Origin: Patescibacteria group bacterium
GTDB taxonomy: Bacteria; Patescibacteriota; Dojkabacteria; J137
NCBI GenBank assembly: GCA_016861265.1
Contig: BOLA01000001.1
Location: 203,569-267,568 of the forward strand
DNA: 64,000 bases
Direction: 5' to 3'
The notes below the pieces were generated by a model, which searched no databases, had not been told where the DNA came from, and saw nothing but the letters and a program-made list of their open reading frames with translations. Each line of letters begins with the position of its first letter. Within the stretch, counting starts at the first letter, position 1. Shown here piece by piece: positions 20,801-30,128 of the stretch. Both the position numbers and the translations under genes were made by a program.

Positions 20801-21804
20801 GCTGAGTTATCAAGTTTACCCGAAATACCCACAAGTTTAGCTACAAATTTAAATCCTCCAATCTTAATGGCAAATTCAATCAAGATTTTCCTATCACTTT
20901 CTGCAGTGGAATCATCTATAATTAAACTTCTCAATTTTGTCTCGAATATATTCTTGTAATGATCAATGTCTAAAGTTTTACCAATTACGGTGTATATTGT
21001 TTCTGCATTTGGTGAGCTTTCAATTCTGGAAATAAATACTATTAGCGTTGATAGCGGAAGACTATCAAGAATTGCCTCTCTTAAGGCGTCAACAATAAAC
21101 TCTGCTAGCCTTCTAGCTTCGATATTCGAAGTTATAATTTCCTTAAAGATTATGGAATATACACCTTCTATAACTGCACTATTTGAATCATCTACAGTTC
21201 TTAGCGTTCTAATAATATTGTGTAAATTATCTGCTCTTAGGCAACTATCTACAATTATCCTTGGCAATGCTGCAGATATTGCGTTTTTAGTGTCAGGATT
21301 AGTACCTAGTTGACTATCAACATTGTTAACCAGAGTTCCTAATATCTTGGTGTTATTACCACGAACAGTTTTTACCTGAAATTGCACAAAGATATCTGTT
21401 AGTACACTTACAAAAGTTGATTCGAAGTTCGGATTAGTTAATAGGACCTGGCAAAGCGGAGTTATTAGATTTGTATTGATAAAATCTGCAAGTTCTTCAC
21501 CTGGATAATCCAGATCAGCCATAAAAGCCGAAAGATTCTTTAATTTGTCTAATGCAGCTTGAACCTTATCAGGATCGCCTGAGCTTAATTCTTCCACAAT
21601 AATACTAAGATACTTTACTGCCGTTTCGTAGTTCTCTGCTTCACTCGGTTCAATAGGTTCATTTGGTTCTAAAGCAGCTTCAGGTTCATCTGCGCCAAAG
21701 CCTACAGGTAAAGCCATTGGCTCTGTCTTTACCGCCTGAATGGTCGGCTGACTTTCATCGGTTGTTTCTTCTGGATCTGGAGTAAAATTTTCTAGTGCGG
21801 CCAT
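17866..21804 (-). CDS. giant (1312 aa) acidic, largely alpha-helical protein of unknown function
   Basis: uninterrupted ORF at host-like composition, in an operon between sufB and the 161-aa ORF. Confidence 0.7.
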   Translation of the reverse strand: MAALENFTPDPEETTDESQPTIQAVKTEPMALPVGFGADEPEAALEPNEPIEPSEAENYETAVKYLSIIVEELSSGDPDKVQAALDKLKNLSAFMADLDYPGEELADFINTNLITPLCQVLLTNPNFESTFVSVLTDIFVQFQVKTVRGNNTKILGTLVNNVDSQLGTNPDTKNAISAALPRIIVDSCLRADNLHNIIRTLRTVDDSNSAVIEGVYSIIFKEIITSNIEARRLAEFIVDALREAILDSLPLSTLIVFISRIESSPNAETIYTVIGKTLDIDHYKNIFETKLRSLIIDDSTAESDRKILIEFAIKIGGFKFVAKLVGISGKLDNSAQLIKIFVYIEPYIEGVLDSGNQEDISALVEYMGQVSLRIDFVQTEWVDIQVNILNYIDRLKQTDNVVISEVLTDVLLKSITSRIIAGLQSTLATSQNEDTQKAIRRIVRLVVPVGAFAPLSIFDKDDRVAVYKLFIERYLTDPKDSYLFNLMHYLYSGEVKGVNLEDLTADGYEFQKDKDAKIELVAELVEALKLSEEQKKAIIDKFFENHSANDTLVITLLLRETAMLEYYREKAYQIDLVKKLGTQEIESELEEIKELVLDRLRPEGKAERMKQKVNNLKKNIYYRILFAFDSEPTKAQKRREKARESVESEDKRSIEKGVRKLADIIKDPIAVKLLIKAVETDPEAYATVANLIEELYQFVDELDVSRGTERSIYDFLRLSLDSVELVTLMPPHVRVIKLEMWKDRLDQLEDISENYGASKKEILTEDGIEVRLDALKAREQRWYESRLAKKFKALSTPRGECLTEIVTLYSTNRPLFDIYSSQPEFENIVEYAIDQYSMYPDKFLQISDAEKDFILFIIDNKSIWNSVSNRVKFKLCTQVLTLWSKQDPAGYEILIDLATETDDSVDYSFANADVLNFIGATFQQLPAEQRDQLIRFAGVNEKKGRARKMFEGLRDTVTRNNTNDYANNLNYIMAYLATRNRVNAKGFYDVVDTVVAEKATVEQQVKIENAAHQAYEDIKDEAGEVDPTGALLTNDRVAELDTKLKKSIDASIVFIDAFNMNPPLTFRVQTEVLDMIPRFIDLLVHGVERGYDEIDLKKVLDFMQKLLETEPPYFRPSRTYIEILEEIDSRVTSYSQLTGNAKFDAFNKDIKAIRDLCEKKSIEAAGLIVLGAFEKLKSPFAVSNKDQKVATSISVNLLKSSQIREAIKPVIEILFSNFEIIEKLIKNGSEEDQDRLVLALSRVLMYVNLYVNPSISKQLTFFITKLGSALPKEKRAEIVSMHKFNQENVRGLSPRRRVLPITLQEEINKLAA

Positions 21805-21824
21805 GTTATAAGAATAATATTATT

Positions 21825-23180
21825 TTAACCAACGCTGCCCTTCATAGACATACGTATAAGATCGTTCATCTCCATAGCATATTCCATTGGCAATTCTTTT
21901 GCAATAGGTTCTACAAAACCCGATACAATAAGACCACCCGCTTCTTCCTCGCTCAAACCTCTAGACATTAAGTAATACAACTGATTCTCCGAAACCTTGC
22001 TTACTGATGCTTCGTGCTCCACCCTAGAAAGTTTTTCATAAATTTCATTATACGGGTAAGTATCAGTTTGCGATATATCATCCATAATAAGGGCATCACA
22101 AACTACTTTTACTTTTGCATTTGTTGCGCCCTTAGTAACCTTAACTAAACCTCTGTAACTTGTTCTTCCACCATTCTTACATATTGATTTAGTAGTTATA
22201 ACTCCACTCGTATTTTTACCAATGTGAATCATTTTTGCACCACTGTCTAAATGTTGTTTTCCATCTGCTAATGCAATAGACAGTACTTCACCTTTCGAAT
22301 TATTGCCAGTTAATAAGACCGATGGGTATTTCATTGTTTTATAGGAGCCTAAATTGCAATCCACCCATTCAATTTTTGCATTTTCATAGGCAATACCTCT
22401 TTGTGTTACAAGGTTATAAACATTTTTAGACCAGTTTTGAATTGTGGTGTATCGTATTCTCGCTCCTTTTAAGGCTACCAACTCTATAACACCTGAATGT
22501 AGAACATCTGTTGAATACGTAGGAGCAGTACAGCCCTCAACGTATTGAACCTCGGCTCCCTCATCAGCAATAATTAATGTTCGTTCAAATTGCCCCAAGT
22601 TTTGAGTTTGTATATAAAAGTATGCCTGTAGCGGAATTTCTACCTTTACTCCTTTTGGAACATAAACAAAACTACCTCCGCTCCAACAAGCAGTGTTTAA
22701 TGCAGCATATTTATTGTCTGTTAAAGGCACTACTTTACCGAACCATTTCTTAAATAGTTCTGGATATTTTTGAATACCACTATCTGTGTCGGTAAAAATA
22801 ACTCCCTGACTCTCCCACTTTTCCTTCATTCGTCCATAAATAACTGAAGAGTCAAATTGAGTTTCGACTCCTGCTAAAAATTTTCTCTCAGCTTCGGGGA
22901 TTCTCAATTCTTCAAAGGTCCTTTTTACATCATCTGGAACCTCACTCCAATCCCTTTTCTTTTTCGATCCGGGAACTGCATAGAATTGAATATTATCATC
23001 CTTTAAATCGTCTAAATCAGCTCCCCATTTTGGTACAGGTCTTTCTATATAATGCTTGTAGGCCTTCAAACGAATCTCAAGCATCCAATCCGGTTCATTT
23101 TTATATTTAGAAATTGCAGTTACAACTTCTTCTGATAAACCAGGCTTCGATAATATTTTTATTGCTTCATCTATAGTCAT
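21825..23180 (-). CDS. sufB: Fe-S cluster assembly protein SufB
   Basis: the C-terminal half aligns to SufB throughout (YPSVLLTGNNSKGE, KMIHIGKNTSG, SYRGLVKV, EHEASVSKVSENQLYYLMSRGLSEEEA). Confidence 0.9.
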   Translation of the reverse strand: MTIDEAIKILSKPGLSEEVVTAISKYKNEPDWMLEIRLKAYKHYIERPVPKWGADLDDLKDDNIQFYAVPGSKKKRDWSEVPDDVKRTFEELRIPEAERKFLAGVETQFDSSVIYGRMKEKWESQGVIFTDTDSGIQKYPELFKKWFGKVVPLTDNKYAALNTACWSGGSFVYVPKGVKVEIPLQAYFYIQTQNLGQFERTLIIADEGAEVQYVEGCTAPTYSTDVLHSGVIELVALKGARIRYTTIQNWSKNVYNLVTQRGIAYENAKIEWVDCNLGSYKTMKYPSVLLTGNNSKGEVLSIALADGKQHLDSGAKMIHIGKNTSGVITTKSICKNGGRTSYRGLVKVTKGATNAKVKVVCDALIMDDISQTDTYPYNEIYEKLSRVEHEASVSKVSENQLYYLMSRGLSEEEAGGLIVSGFVEPIAKELPMEYAMEMNDLIRMSMKGSVG

Positions 23181-23237
23181 TATCCAATTTTACCATGTGG
23201 AATATTACAAAATTTATACTCGTATAAATAATTATAG

Positions 23238-24062
23238 TTACAGAAATCTTATTGGTATTGTTTGCAGAATTACCTCACTACCGTCCTTTGCACTGGAATA
23301 GTAGAATTCCCATGTTCCTGTTAATCCTTGCGCCGAAGATAAGTCATCCATTGAGATATCATAGCTAAAATCAGTAAAGCTAAGAAGCTGATCTGGAATG
23401 GTAATTGAATCAGAATAAATAATATTTCCATCGGAATCTTTTAATCTTATTTGCAATAAACCTTCGAACAATCCTTTTGCTTGTCCTCTAATTGCTAAAT
23501 CATTGCTGAACATTATCTGATTTTTTAATGGTGTGAATAACACAAGATTTTCGGATTCAGAATAACTCTCAAATTTAATGTCAACAGACACTTCGGTGGC
23601 TGGCTCTACGGAGCTAACAATGAGCTTTCCTTTTGTAGTATTCGGTGACATTAATACATCTAGTTGCGTCTGCCAGTTGTTAACTGAATCACTCACAGAT
23701 GTTAAAGAAACAGTACTTGAAGCCAATTTTGCATTTGTTTCGTCAAATAATTCAACTCTAATATTGTTAAATTGATAAGTAGCAGTTCCTTTTACATCGA
23801 TTTGTCCATTTACAATCTGCATCTCAGTTGGTTCACTTAATGTTATAGCAGGTTGAGTTGCAACTAAGCTATTTGGTGTAGAGTCTGTTACAGTTGTATC
23901 GGTTGTATTAACTTTATTGGTTCCTGTTGTTAAGCCTATATAGCCTATTACTACAACAATAAATCCTAAACAAAGAATTATTACTACTCCAATTAAAACG
24001 AGTGTAATAGTTGAGTTTTTATCTCTCGGGGTAATAGTTGGAGTTGTAGTGACATTTTCCAT
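23238..24062 (-). CDS. hypothetical membrane-anchored extracellular protein
   Basis: N-terminal TM followed by a Thr-rich region. Confidence 0.5.
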   Translation of the reverse strand: MENVTTTPTITPRDKNSTITLVLIGVVIILCLGFIVVVIGYIGLTTGTNKVNTTDTTVTDSTPNSLVATQPAITLSEPTEMQIVNGQIDVKGTATYQFNNIRVELFDETNAKLASSTVSLTSVSDSVNNWQTQLDVLMSPNTTKGKLIVSSVEPATEVSVDIKFESYSESENLVLFTPLKNQIMFSNDLAIRGQAKGLFEGLLQIRLKDSDGNIIYSDSITIPDQLLSFTDFSYDISMDDLSSAQGLTGTWEFYYSSAKDGSEVILQTIPIRFL

Positions 24063-24176
24063 AACACTATTTTAAAAGGTACTTAATACAATACTACCAG
24101 AAAAAGCCCTAATTATAAAACAGTCTTTAACAGTAGAATACAAAATGGTAATCTATTTACATATTATTAAAATGTT

Positions 24177-24602
24177 ATGTATATTTTTTACGCTATTCTG
24201 TCGGCCTTCTTTGCTGGATTGGTAACTTTATTTGCAAAATTAGGATTAAAAAACATAGACTCCACACTTGCTACTTCTATTCGAGCAGTTATCATGGCAG
24301 TATTTTTAGTAGGGATAGTGTTAATTACAAATAAAGTAAATATAGAGGGTATAAAAAGCATTGAAACTAAAGAATGGGTTCTAATTGCCTTGTCAGGGAT
24401 AGCAGGAGCCGTGTCGTGGATCTTCTATTTTATTGCCCTACAAAACTCAAAGGATAATACAACTCAGATTGCCGCACTAGACAAACTCAGTCTTGTATTT
24501 GTATTCATATTCTCTCTTTTATTTTTAAAAGAAAAACTAGATATTAAAGTTTTAGCGGGTGTAGTGCTTATGACGATAGGTGCTATACTGACTATTAAAT
24601 AA
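24177..24602 (+). CDS. EamA/DMT-family small membrane transporter (half-size)
   Basis: 141 aa with 4 TM helices and an EamA-like pattern. Confidence 0.55.
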   Translation: MYIFYAILSAFFAGLVTLFAKLGLKNIDSTLATSIRAVIMAVFLVGIVLITNKVNIEGIKSIETKEWVLIALSGIAGAVSWIFYFIALQNSKDNTTQIAALDKLSLVFVFIFSLLFLKEKLDIKVLAGVVLMTIGAILTIK

Positions 24603-24618
24603 AATTTAAAAATAAGTT

Positions 24619-25374
24619 ATGAATATAATTGTTTCTGGTTGGCCGGGAGTGGGACAGTCTACTTTGGCAATAATAATCGCAAAAACACTAAATTATAAAT
24701 TACTTCAAGGCTCTGCAACTTTCCGATACCTGGGGAGTCTAATTAACTTAGAAAACACAGGAGCAGATAGAATAAAAGCCGATGAACTTCTTGAGCCTAA
24801 TTGGGGGCCTATATTTGAGAAATACATGCAATGGATTGCTAACAACGAACAGCATGTTGTAACAGAAACAGACATTTCAGGGTTCTTCACAAAAGGCAAT
24901 AAAAATGTATATTCAGTGTTCCTGCAGGCGCCACAGGAAGTTAGAAAGTTAAGATTAGTCAAAGATGGACGACCCAACGATGTGGACTTTATTCAAAAAA
25001 GAGATGAATCTTTAGCCCAGACATATAAAGATTTATTCGGAGTAGACTTTTTAAATACAGAAAAAATTGAAGAAAATTATTCAAGACCGCTAAATAATTC
25101 GGAATTAACAATTGAACAGGAATTAAAAATTATTTATAAAGACTTATTAGAATTGAAGGCAATTACTGAAGAGGAGTTTAATACCTTGGCTAATAATGCA
25201 AAAGCTGAAGAAGAATTTTTTTGGGCAAACGGTAAGCAAGCTTTCTTGGATATATTAAATGAAAGAAGAAAATTGCCAATTGCTGCTGATATAATAAAAG
25301 ACATTATGCAGGTTTTCCCTAACGAAATACAAAATCTTCCACAGGAACTAAAAGATATACTGGCAAGAATTTAA
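24619..25374 (+). CDS. P-loop nucleotide / nucleoside kinase-like protein
   Basis: GWPGVGQSTL Walker A at the N-terminus. Confidence 0.5.
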   Translation: MNIIVSGWPGVGQSTLAIIIAKTLNYKLLQGSATFRYLGSLINLENTGADRIKADELLEPNWGPIFEKYMQWIANNEQHVVTETDISGFFTKGNKNVYSVFLQAPQEVRKLRLVKDGRPNDVDFIQKRDESLAQTYKDLFGVDFLNTEKIEENYSRPLNNSELTIEQELKIIYKDLLELKAITEEEFNTLANNAKAEEEFFWANGKQAFLDILNERRKLPIAADIIKDIMQVFPNEIQNLPQELKDILARI

Positions 25375-25952
25375 GGCAACTTAAGAAGTTGGCCGGGTAC
25401 AATTAAAGCTTGTTCCCCGTCAGGTAAGGTACCGATAGAATCTTTGTTAACCTCAAGAATTTTTAACCATTGATCGCCGCTTCCGTAATAGGCATTAGCT
25501 ATCTGCCATAAGGTATCTCCTAATTGTACAACATAAGTATTTTCTACAATGTCTCCCTCAGAATATTGTGTTGCATTCCAACTACCGGAATTACTAATGT
25601 ATTCTTGATTCTCTAAAGACTTTTTATAACCTTCTTGTGTATGTCCAGTTCTAACTGTCGAAATAGAAGACGTCATAGGGCCTGGGTTGTTTTCTGAGTT
25701 ATCATTTGTATCTACGGAAGGACTCTGGGGCACCTCTTGTATTGAAACACTAATGTCGTCTATTGGAAAGCTAACAGCAATTTGTGTATCGTCTTTTACT
25801 CTAAATATCGAATAGATTGAGATAAAAATAATGATAGGAAAAACCAAGAAGCCGATAGTAAAAAAAATTATATCCGGCTTTAGTTTTTGTTTAAATTTAC
25901 TATAATTCATACCTGATTTTAACAATAAGTTCTGAATACACAAAGTGAACAT
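25371..25952 (-). CDS. membrane-anchored LysM domain protein
   Basis: C-terminal YVVQLGDTLWQIANAYYG...LIVPGQLL LysM motif; N-terminal TM. Confidence 0.75.
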   Translation of the reverse strand: MFTLCIQNLLLKSGMNYSKFKQKLKPDIIFFTIGFLVFPIIIFISIYSIFRVKDDTQIAVSFPIDDISVSIQEVPQSPSVDTNDNSENNPGPMTSSISTVRTGHTQEGYKKSLENQEYISNSGSWNATQYSEGDIVENTYVVQLGDTLWQIANAYYGSGDQWLKILEVNKDSIGTLPDGEQALIVPGQLLKLP

Positions 25953-26050
25953 CTTAATTGATAGATTTTATAAGGTTTTTAGAGATTTTAACAGTTGAGT
26001 TTTAATCAATCTAATATTAAAATACAAGGATAAATTTATACTTTTTTTAT

Positions 26051-28831
26051 ATGAGTCAATTTAACCCTAAGGAATTTGAAAATAAATGGAAACAACAGTG
26101 GTTAAGTGAGAAACTCTATAAAACACCTACTGATAAAACTAAAAAGAAGTTCTATTCATTATATTCCTTTCCTTATCCATCCGGAGCAGGGCTTCATGTG
26201 GGGCACGTAGAAGGAATGGTGGCAAACGATATTGTAGCAAGATACTATAGAATGAAGGACTACAATGTTACTTTACCAATGGGATGGGATTCCTTTGGAT
26301 TACCTGCCGAAAACTACGCAATTAAAACTGGTATTCACCCTCATGACAGTACAGAGGAAGCCATAAAGACATTCATTGATCAAATCGACAGATTGGGTAT
26401 TTCAGTAGACTGGGACAAAGAAGTGGGAGCACATCGATCCGATTACTATAAATGGACTCAATGGATATTTCTACAGTTGTATAAAGCTGGAATTGCATAT
26501 AAGGCAGTTGCACCTGTAAACTGGTGCCCAAAAGATCAAACAGTACTAGCTAATGAGCAAGTTATTAATGGTCTATGCGAAAGATGCGATACCCCTGTTG
26601 AACAGAAGGAAATGAGTCAATGGTTCTTTAAAATTACTGACTATGCAGACAGACTTTATGATGATTTAGATAAAGTTGATTGGCCTCAAGGTACAAAGCA
26701 AATGCAAAGAAATTGGATAGGACGAAGTGAGGGGACCACCGTTAGATTTGCAGTCAATGCAGGTAGTAAACAAGTTAATAGCTTCGATATTTTTACTACA
26801 AGAGTAGATACAATATTTGGTTGTACATTTACTGGAATTGCACCAGAAAATAAAGTTTTAACTGAGATTAAAGAACATATTACAAACTGGCCGCAAGTCG
26901 AAGAATATATAACTCAAGCCAGAAATAAAACCGATCTTCAAAGACAAACTGAAAAAGATAAATCAGGTGTAAAGTTAGAAGGAGTAGTTGCTATAAATCC
27001 TTTTAATAGTAACGAGGTTCCTATTTATGTGGTTGACTATGTATTGAATACCTATGGAACAGGTTCAATAATGGCTGTTCCAGCACACGACGAAAGAGAC
27101 ATGGAGTTTGCACTTAAATACGATATTCCAATTATTCCAGTACTTAAACCTAAGAGTGAAGAATACATTTCTTATGTTTCAAGAAAGTGGAGTAATGACT
27201 TTAATAAATTCTTAAACCAAATTGCTGAATTTAACCCTATTTACCTTAAAAAAACACAGGAAGAAGTTCTATTTAAATTCAAAGCTGAATTTATAGATAA
27301 ATATATTGACTACGCATCCAAGAGTGTAGAAGGTAAATCTGCTTGGCACGATGCAGTTAGCGAATCCGAGGTTGTTGTAATATTTGGCTCAGACAAGGCT
27401 GAATTTAGTGGTGTAGATATCGCAAGAATTCCTAAGTTTATGTCAGACGAAAATATTTGGATAAAAATGAAAGACTTTGAGGAAAGCATAAGACAATATT
27501 CCAACATCTGGACCATGTATTACAATTCCGAATATAGAGAAAAGATATGCCCTGCTCTTACCGATGGCATTACAATAAACTCTGGTGATTTTAGCGATTT
27601 ATCGGCTGCAGATGCTGCCGTAAAAATGCAGGAATGGCTAAAGAGTAAAGAGCTTGGGAATAAAAAAACAAACTACAAACTAAGAGATTGGCTAGTTTCA
27701 AGACAAAGATACTGGGGTTGCCCTATTCCAATTGTTTACGATCCTGAAGGCAACGCACACGCTATCGATGAGAAAGACTTGCCCCTACTATTACCTACAG
27801 ATGTAGATTTTAAACCTACGGGCGAATCTCCCATTAAAAGCAGCGAAAGTTTTAAGAAACTTGCCGAAGAAAAATACGGAAAGGGATGGTACTTTGAAGC
27901 CGATACCATGGATACATTTGTAGATTCTAGTTGGTACTATTTCAGATTCACATCAACAGATGATCAGAATCAATGGGCTATAAGCGAAGAGATGAATTAC
28001 TGGCTACCAACAGACTTGTATATGATAGGCGCTGAGCATACAGTTCTGCACTTAATGTATTCAAGGTTCTTTACCAAATTCTTCTTTGATCAAGGAGTCA
28101 TAAACTTTGATGAACCTTTCTATAAAATGAGACACATGGGAACCATTTTAGGTCCTGATGGAAGAAAAATGAGTAAGAGATGGGGAAATGTAATAAACCC
28201 TAATGATGAAGTAGAAAAATACGGTGCAGATACCCTTAGAATGTATGAAATGTTCATGGGCCCGCTAGAAGAGCCTAAGCCATGGAACGACAGAACTGAG
28301 AGCGGTGTATTTAGATTCTTGTCGAAAGTATGGAACACCAATGCGAAAGTACAGGAAAATGTTCAGAAATCGGCAGAGCAAGCGAAGATTGTAAATAGAC
28401 TTGTAAAAAAGATTACCGATGACATTGAAATACTATCGTTTAATACTGCAGTAGCAAAATTCATGGAAACATTAAATTCTCTAAATGAATTCGACTCAAT
28501 TGATAAACAAGCATGGTTGACCTATGTAAAGGTATTAGCTCCTTTCGCACCATTTATTACTGAAGAACTATGGAATTTAAATGGTCAGCAAAGTACCATA
28601 CATACTCAATCCTGGCCGGAATATAATGCAGAAATCGATATTGAAGAACAAGTAACAATTGCGGTACAGGTAAATGGCAAATTAAGGGCCACATTTAACA
28701 TTGAATTTGATTCCCAGGAATCCAACGTGGTTGAGAAAGCAATGCAAATGGAGTCTATAAAGAAGTTTGTAACTACAGAACCTAAAAAAGTTATTTACAT
28801 AAAGAATAAACTATTAAATATTGTAGTTTAA
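26051..28831 (+). CDS. leuS: leucyl-tRNA synthetase
   Basis: HIGH motif (HVGH), KMSKR, and CP1 editing-domain motifs TTRVDTIFG and GTGSIMAVPAHDERD. Confidence 0.95.
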   Translation: MSQFNPKEFENKWKQQWLSEKLYKTPTDKTKKKFYSLYSFPYPSGAGLHVGHVEGMVANDIVARYYRMKDYNVTLPMGWDSFGLPAENYAIKTGIHPHDSTEEAIKTFIDQIDRLGISVDWDKEVGAHRSDYYKWTQWIFLQLYKAGIAYKAVAPVNWCPKDQTVLANEQVINGLCERCDTPVEQKEMSQWFFKITDYADRLYDDLDKVDWPQGTKQMQRNWIGRSEGTTVRFAVNAGSKQVNSFDIFTTRVDTIFGCTFTGIAPENKVLTEIKEHITNWPQVEEYITQARNKTDLQRQTEKDKSGVKLEGVVAINPFNSNEVPIYVVDYVLNTYGTGSIMAVPAHDERDMEFALKYDIPIIPVLKPKSEEYISYVSRKWSNDFNKFLNQIAEFNPIYLKKTQEEVLFKFKAEFIDKYIDYASKSVEGKSAWHDAVSESEVVVIFGSDKAEFSGVDIARIPKFMSDENIWIKMKDFEESIRQYSNIWTMYYNSEYREKICPALTDGITINSGDFSDLSAADAAVKMQEWLKSKELGNKKTNYKLRDWLVSRQRYWGCPIPIVYDPEGNAHAIDEKDLPLLLPTDVDFKPTGESPIKSSESFKKLAEEKYGKGWYFEADTMDTFVDSSWYYFRFTSTDDQNQWAISEEMNYWLPTDLYMIGAEHTVLHLMYSRFFTKFFFDQGVINFDEPFYKMRHMGTILGPDGRKMSKRWGNVINPNDEVEKYGADTLRMYEMFMGPLEEPKPWNDRTESGVFRFLSKVWNTNAKVQENVQKSAEQAKIVNRLVKKITDDIEILSFNTAVAKFMETLNSLNEFDSIDKQAWLTYVKVLAPFAPFITEELWNLNGQQSTIHTQSWPEYNAEIDIEEQVTIAVQVNGKLRATFNIEFDSQESNVVEKAMQMESIKKFVTTEPKKVIYIKNKLLNIVV

Positions 28832-28849
28832 TTAGGTTTTTTCAATTCT

Positions 28850-28904
28850 GAACTCGGACTTCACTTTTACTGCAAGTAATATAAGGTGAAGTCCGATTCG
28901 AGTT
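28850..28904 (+). terminator. long imperfect hairpin downstream of leuS (putative terminator or structured element)
   Basis: GAACTCGGACTTCAC pairs with GTGAAGTCCG(ATTC)GAGTT around a 21-nt loop; only a weak U-rich tail follows. Confidence 0.45.
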
Positions 28905-28944
28905 GTTGTATTCCCTTTCTAGCTCAACTTTTGGCCTTCTAGAC

Positions 28945-28969
28945 TTGCAAGTTACAAAAATGGTATAAT
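28945..28969 (+). promoter_or_regulatory. rnpB promoter with an extended -10 (TGGTATAAT)
   Basis: TTGCAA at 28945-28950 and TGGTATAAT at 28961-28969; the predicted start is about 7 nt downstream, matching the rnpB 5' end. Confidence 0.5.
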
Positions 28970-28977
28970 ATTTGTTA

Positions 28978-29442
28978 ACGGGGCCCACTCCAAAGAATCG
29001 CGTTTGGGTCTTAAGGCAACTTAAAAACCCAAATGAGGAAAGTCTGGACTCCATTGCGGTCTCGACTGGCAGTTCTGCTGCCGAGTTCAAGCTGTAAAAA
29101 GCTTTAATTTCGAGATAGACACCCTTAACTAAAAAGTAATTAAAAGGCCATGGTTTAAGAAGTAATTCAAGGGTTTTGGCCCGCTAAGCTTTATAGGTAT
29201 GGGCTGGGAGCAATCTTAGGGAGAAAAGGGCAACAGAGAACAAACAACCGACAGCTAGTTTAGTAATATGTACGTGATATTACTAATGCTAACTGAAGGT
29301 AAAGGTGAAAAGGTGGGGTAAGAGCCCACCGACTTTAGTAGTAATACTAAGGTGCAGGCAACCCCTGTCTGGAGCAACCAAATATTTGGGCAATAGATAA
29401 ATGATTCTTTAAACAGAATCCGGCTTATGGATGGACCCCCGT
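28978..29442 (+). ncRNA. rnpB: RNase P RNA (bacterial type A-like)
   Basis: universal motifs GAGGAAAGTCTGGACTCC (P4 5' strand), GGTGAAAAGGTGGGGTAAGAGCCCACC (P10-P12) and ACAGAATCCGGCTTAT (P4 3' strand) in the correct order; the ends are approximate. Confidence 0.85.
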
Positions 29443-29443
29443 T

Positions 29444-30088
29444 TTATAGACTCCAAAACCTTGTCAATCGCCAAGGAATTTCTAAAGGATAGGTTAATAC
29501 TTCGTATTTTATCTCATTCGCTAAAGTTTCGGCTCTGGCCAATTCAACTAAATCAAGTTTCAACAGTGGCTTAGCCTCAATTAATACTTGATTGAGTATT
29601 TTGTTATATGCCCAAATCCCATATATAACTAGGAATATATTAAGCATTAATACTAAATACCCTGCAGCAAGAATAACTGTTTGTATTGTGGGGAAAACAA
29701 AGAAGAGTATTAAACATAAAATCTGTGACAAGAATACAATAGACTGGTAGCTATAAATATTTCTAACTTCTTTTAATTTAGGATTGGTAAGTTTTAATTG
29801 AAATAATAACACTAGGTTACTGTACAGATCTTTTGCGTAAATTGATTTTTTACTGATAATTATTAGGTTATTCTCAGCAATACAAACATCATTAATTTCA
29901 TCGGAAGCTAAGATGTTTAAATTTGAATGCTTTTGCTGATACGCTTCAAGTATCTTATTAAACTCAATCTGCTCGCCTAGATAATAGCTATATTTCCTCC
30001 TTAAGCTTCTTTTCACACTGGAAGCGAAAATACCCATAAGGATTTGGGTAATTACTAAAAAAACGAATATAGCAAGAAACAGATACAT
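29444..30088 (-). CDS. hypothetical integral membrane protein
   Basis: 214 aa with several TM helices; convergent with rnpB. Confidence 0.5.
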   Translation of the reverse strand: MYLFLAIFVFLVITQILMGIFASSVKRSLRRKYSYYLGEQIEFNKILEAYQQKHSNLNILASDEINDVCIAENNLIIISKKSIYAKDLYSNLVLLFQLKLTNPKLKEVRNIYSYQSIVFLSQILCLILFFVFPTIQTVILAAGYLVLMLNIFLVIYGIWAYNKILNQVLIEAKPLLKLDLVELARAETLANEIKYEVLTYPLEIPWRLTRFWSL

Positions 30089-30128
30089 AAAATAATCTAA
30101 TCAAATCATTTTATCAAAATTTTAGGGA

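Noticed and set aside
26700-27600. Apparent large insertion in LeuRS
   Set aside because: On inspection it corresponds to the normal CP1 editing domain (TTRVDTIFG ... GTGSIMAVPAHDERD) and the leucyl-specific region; it is not anomalous.
28842-29090. 82-aa minus-strand ORF in the track
   Set aside because: It lies entirely inside the RNase P RNA gene. It has no RBS or plausible context and is a by-product of the structured RNA sequence.
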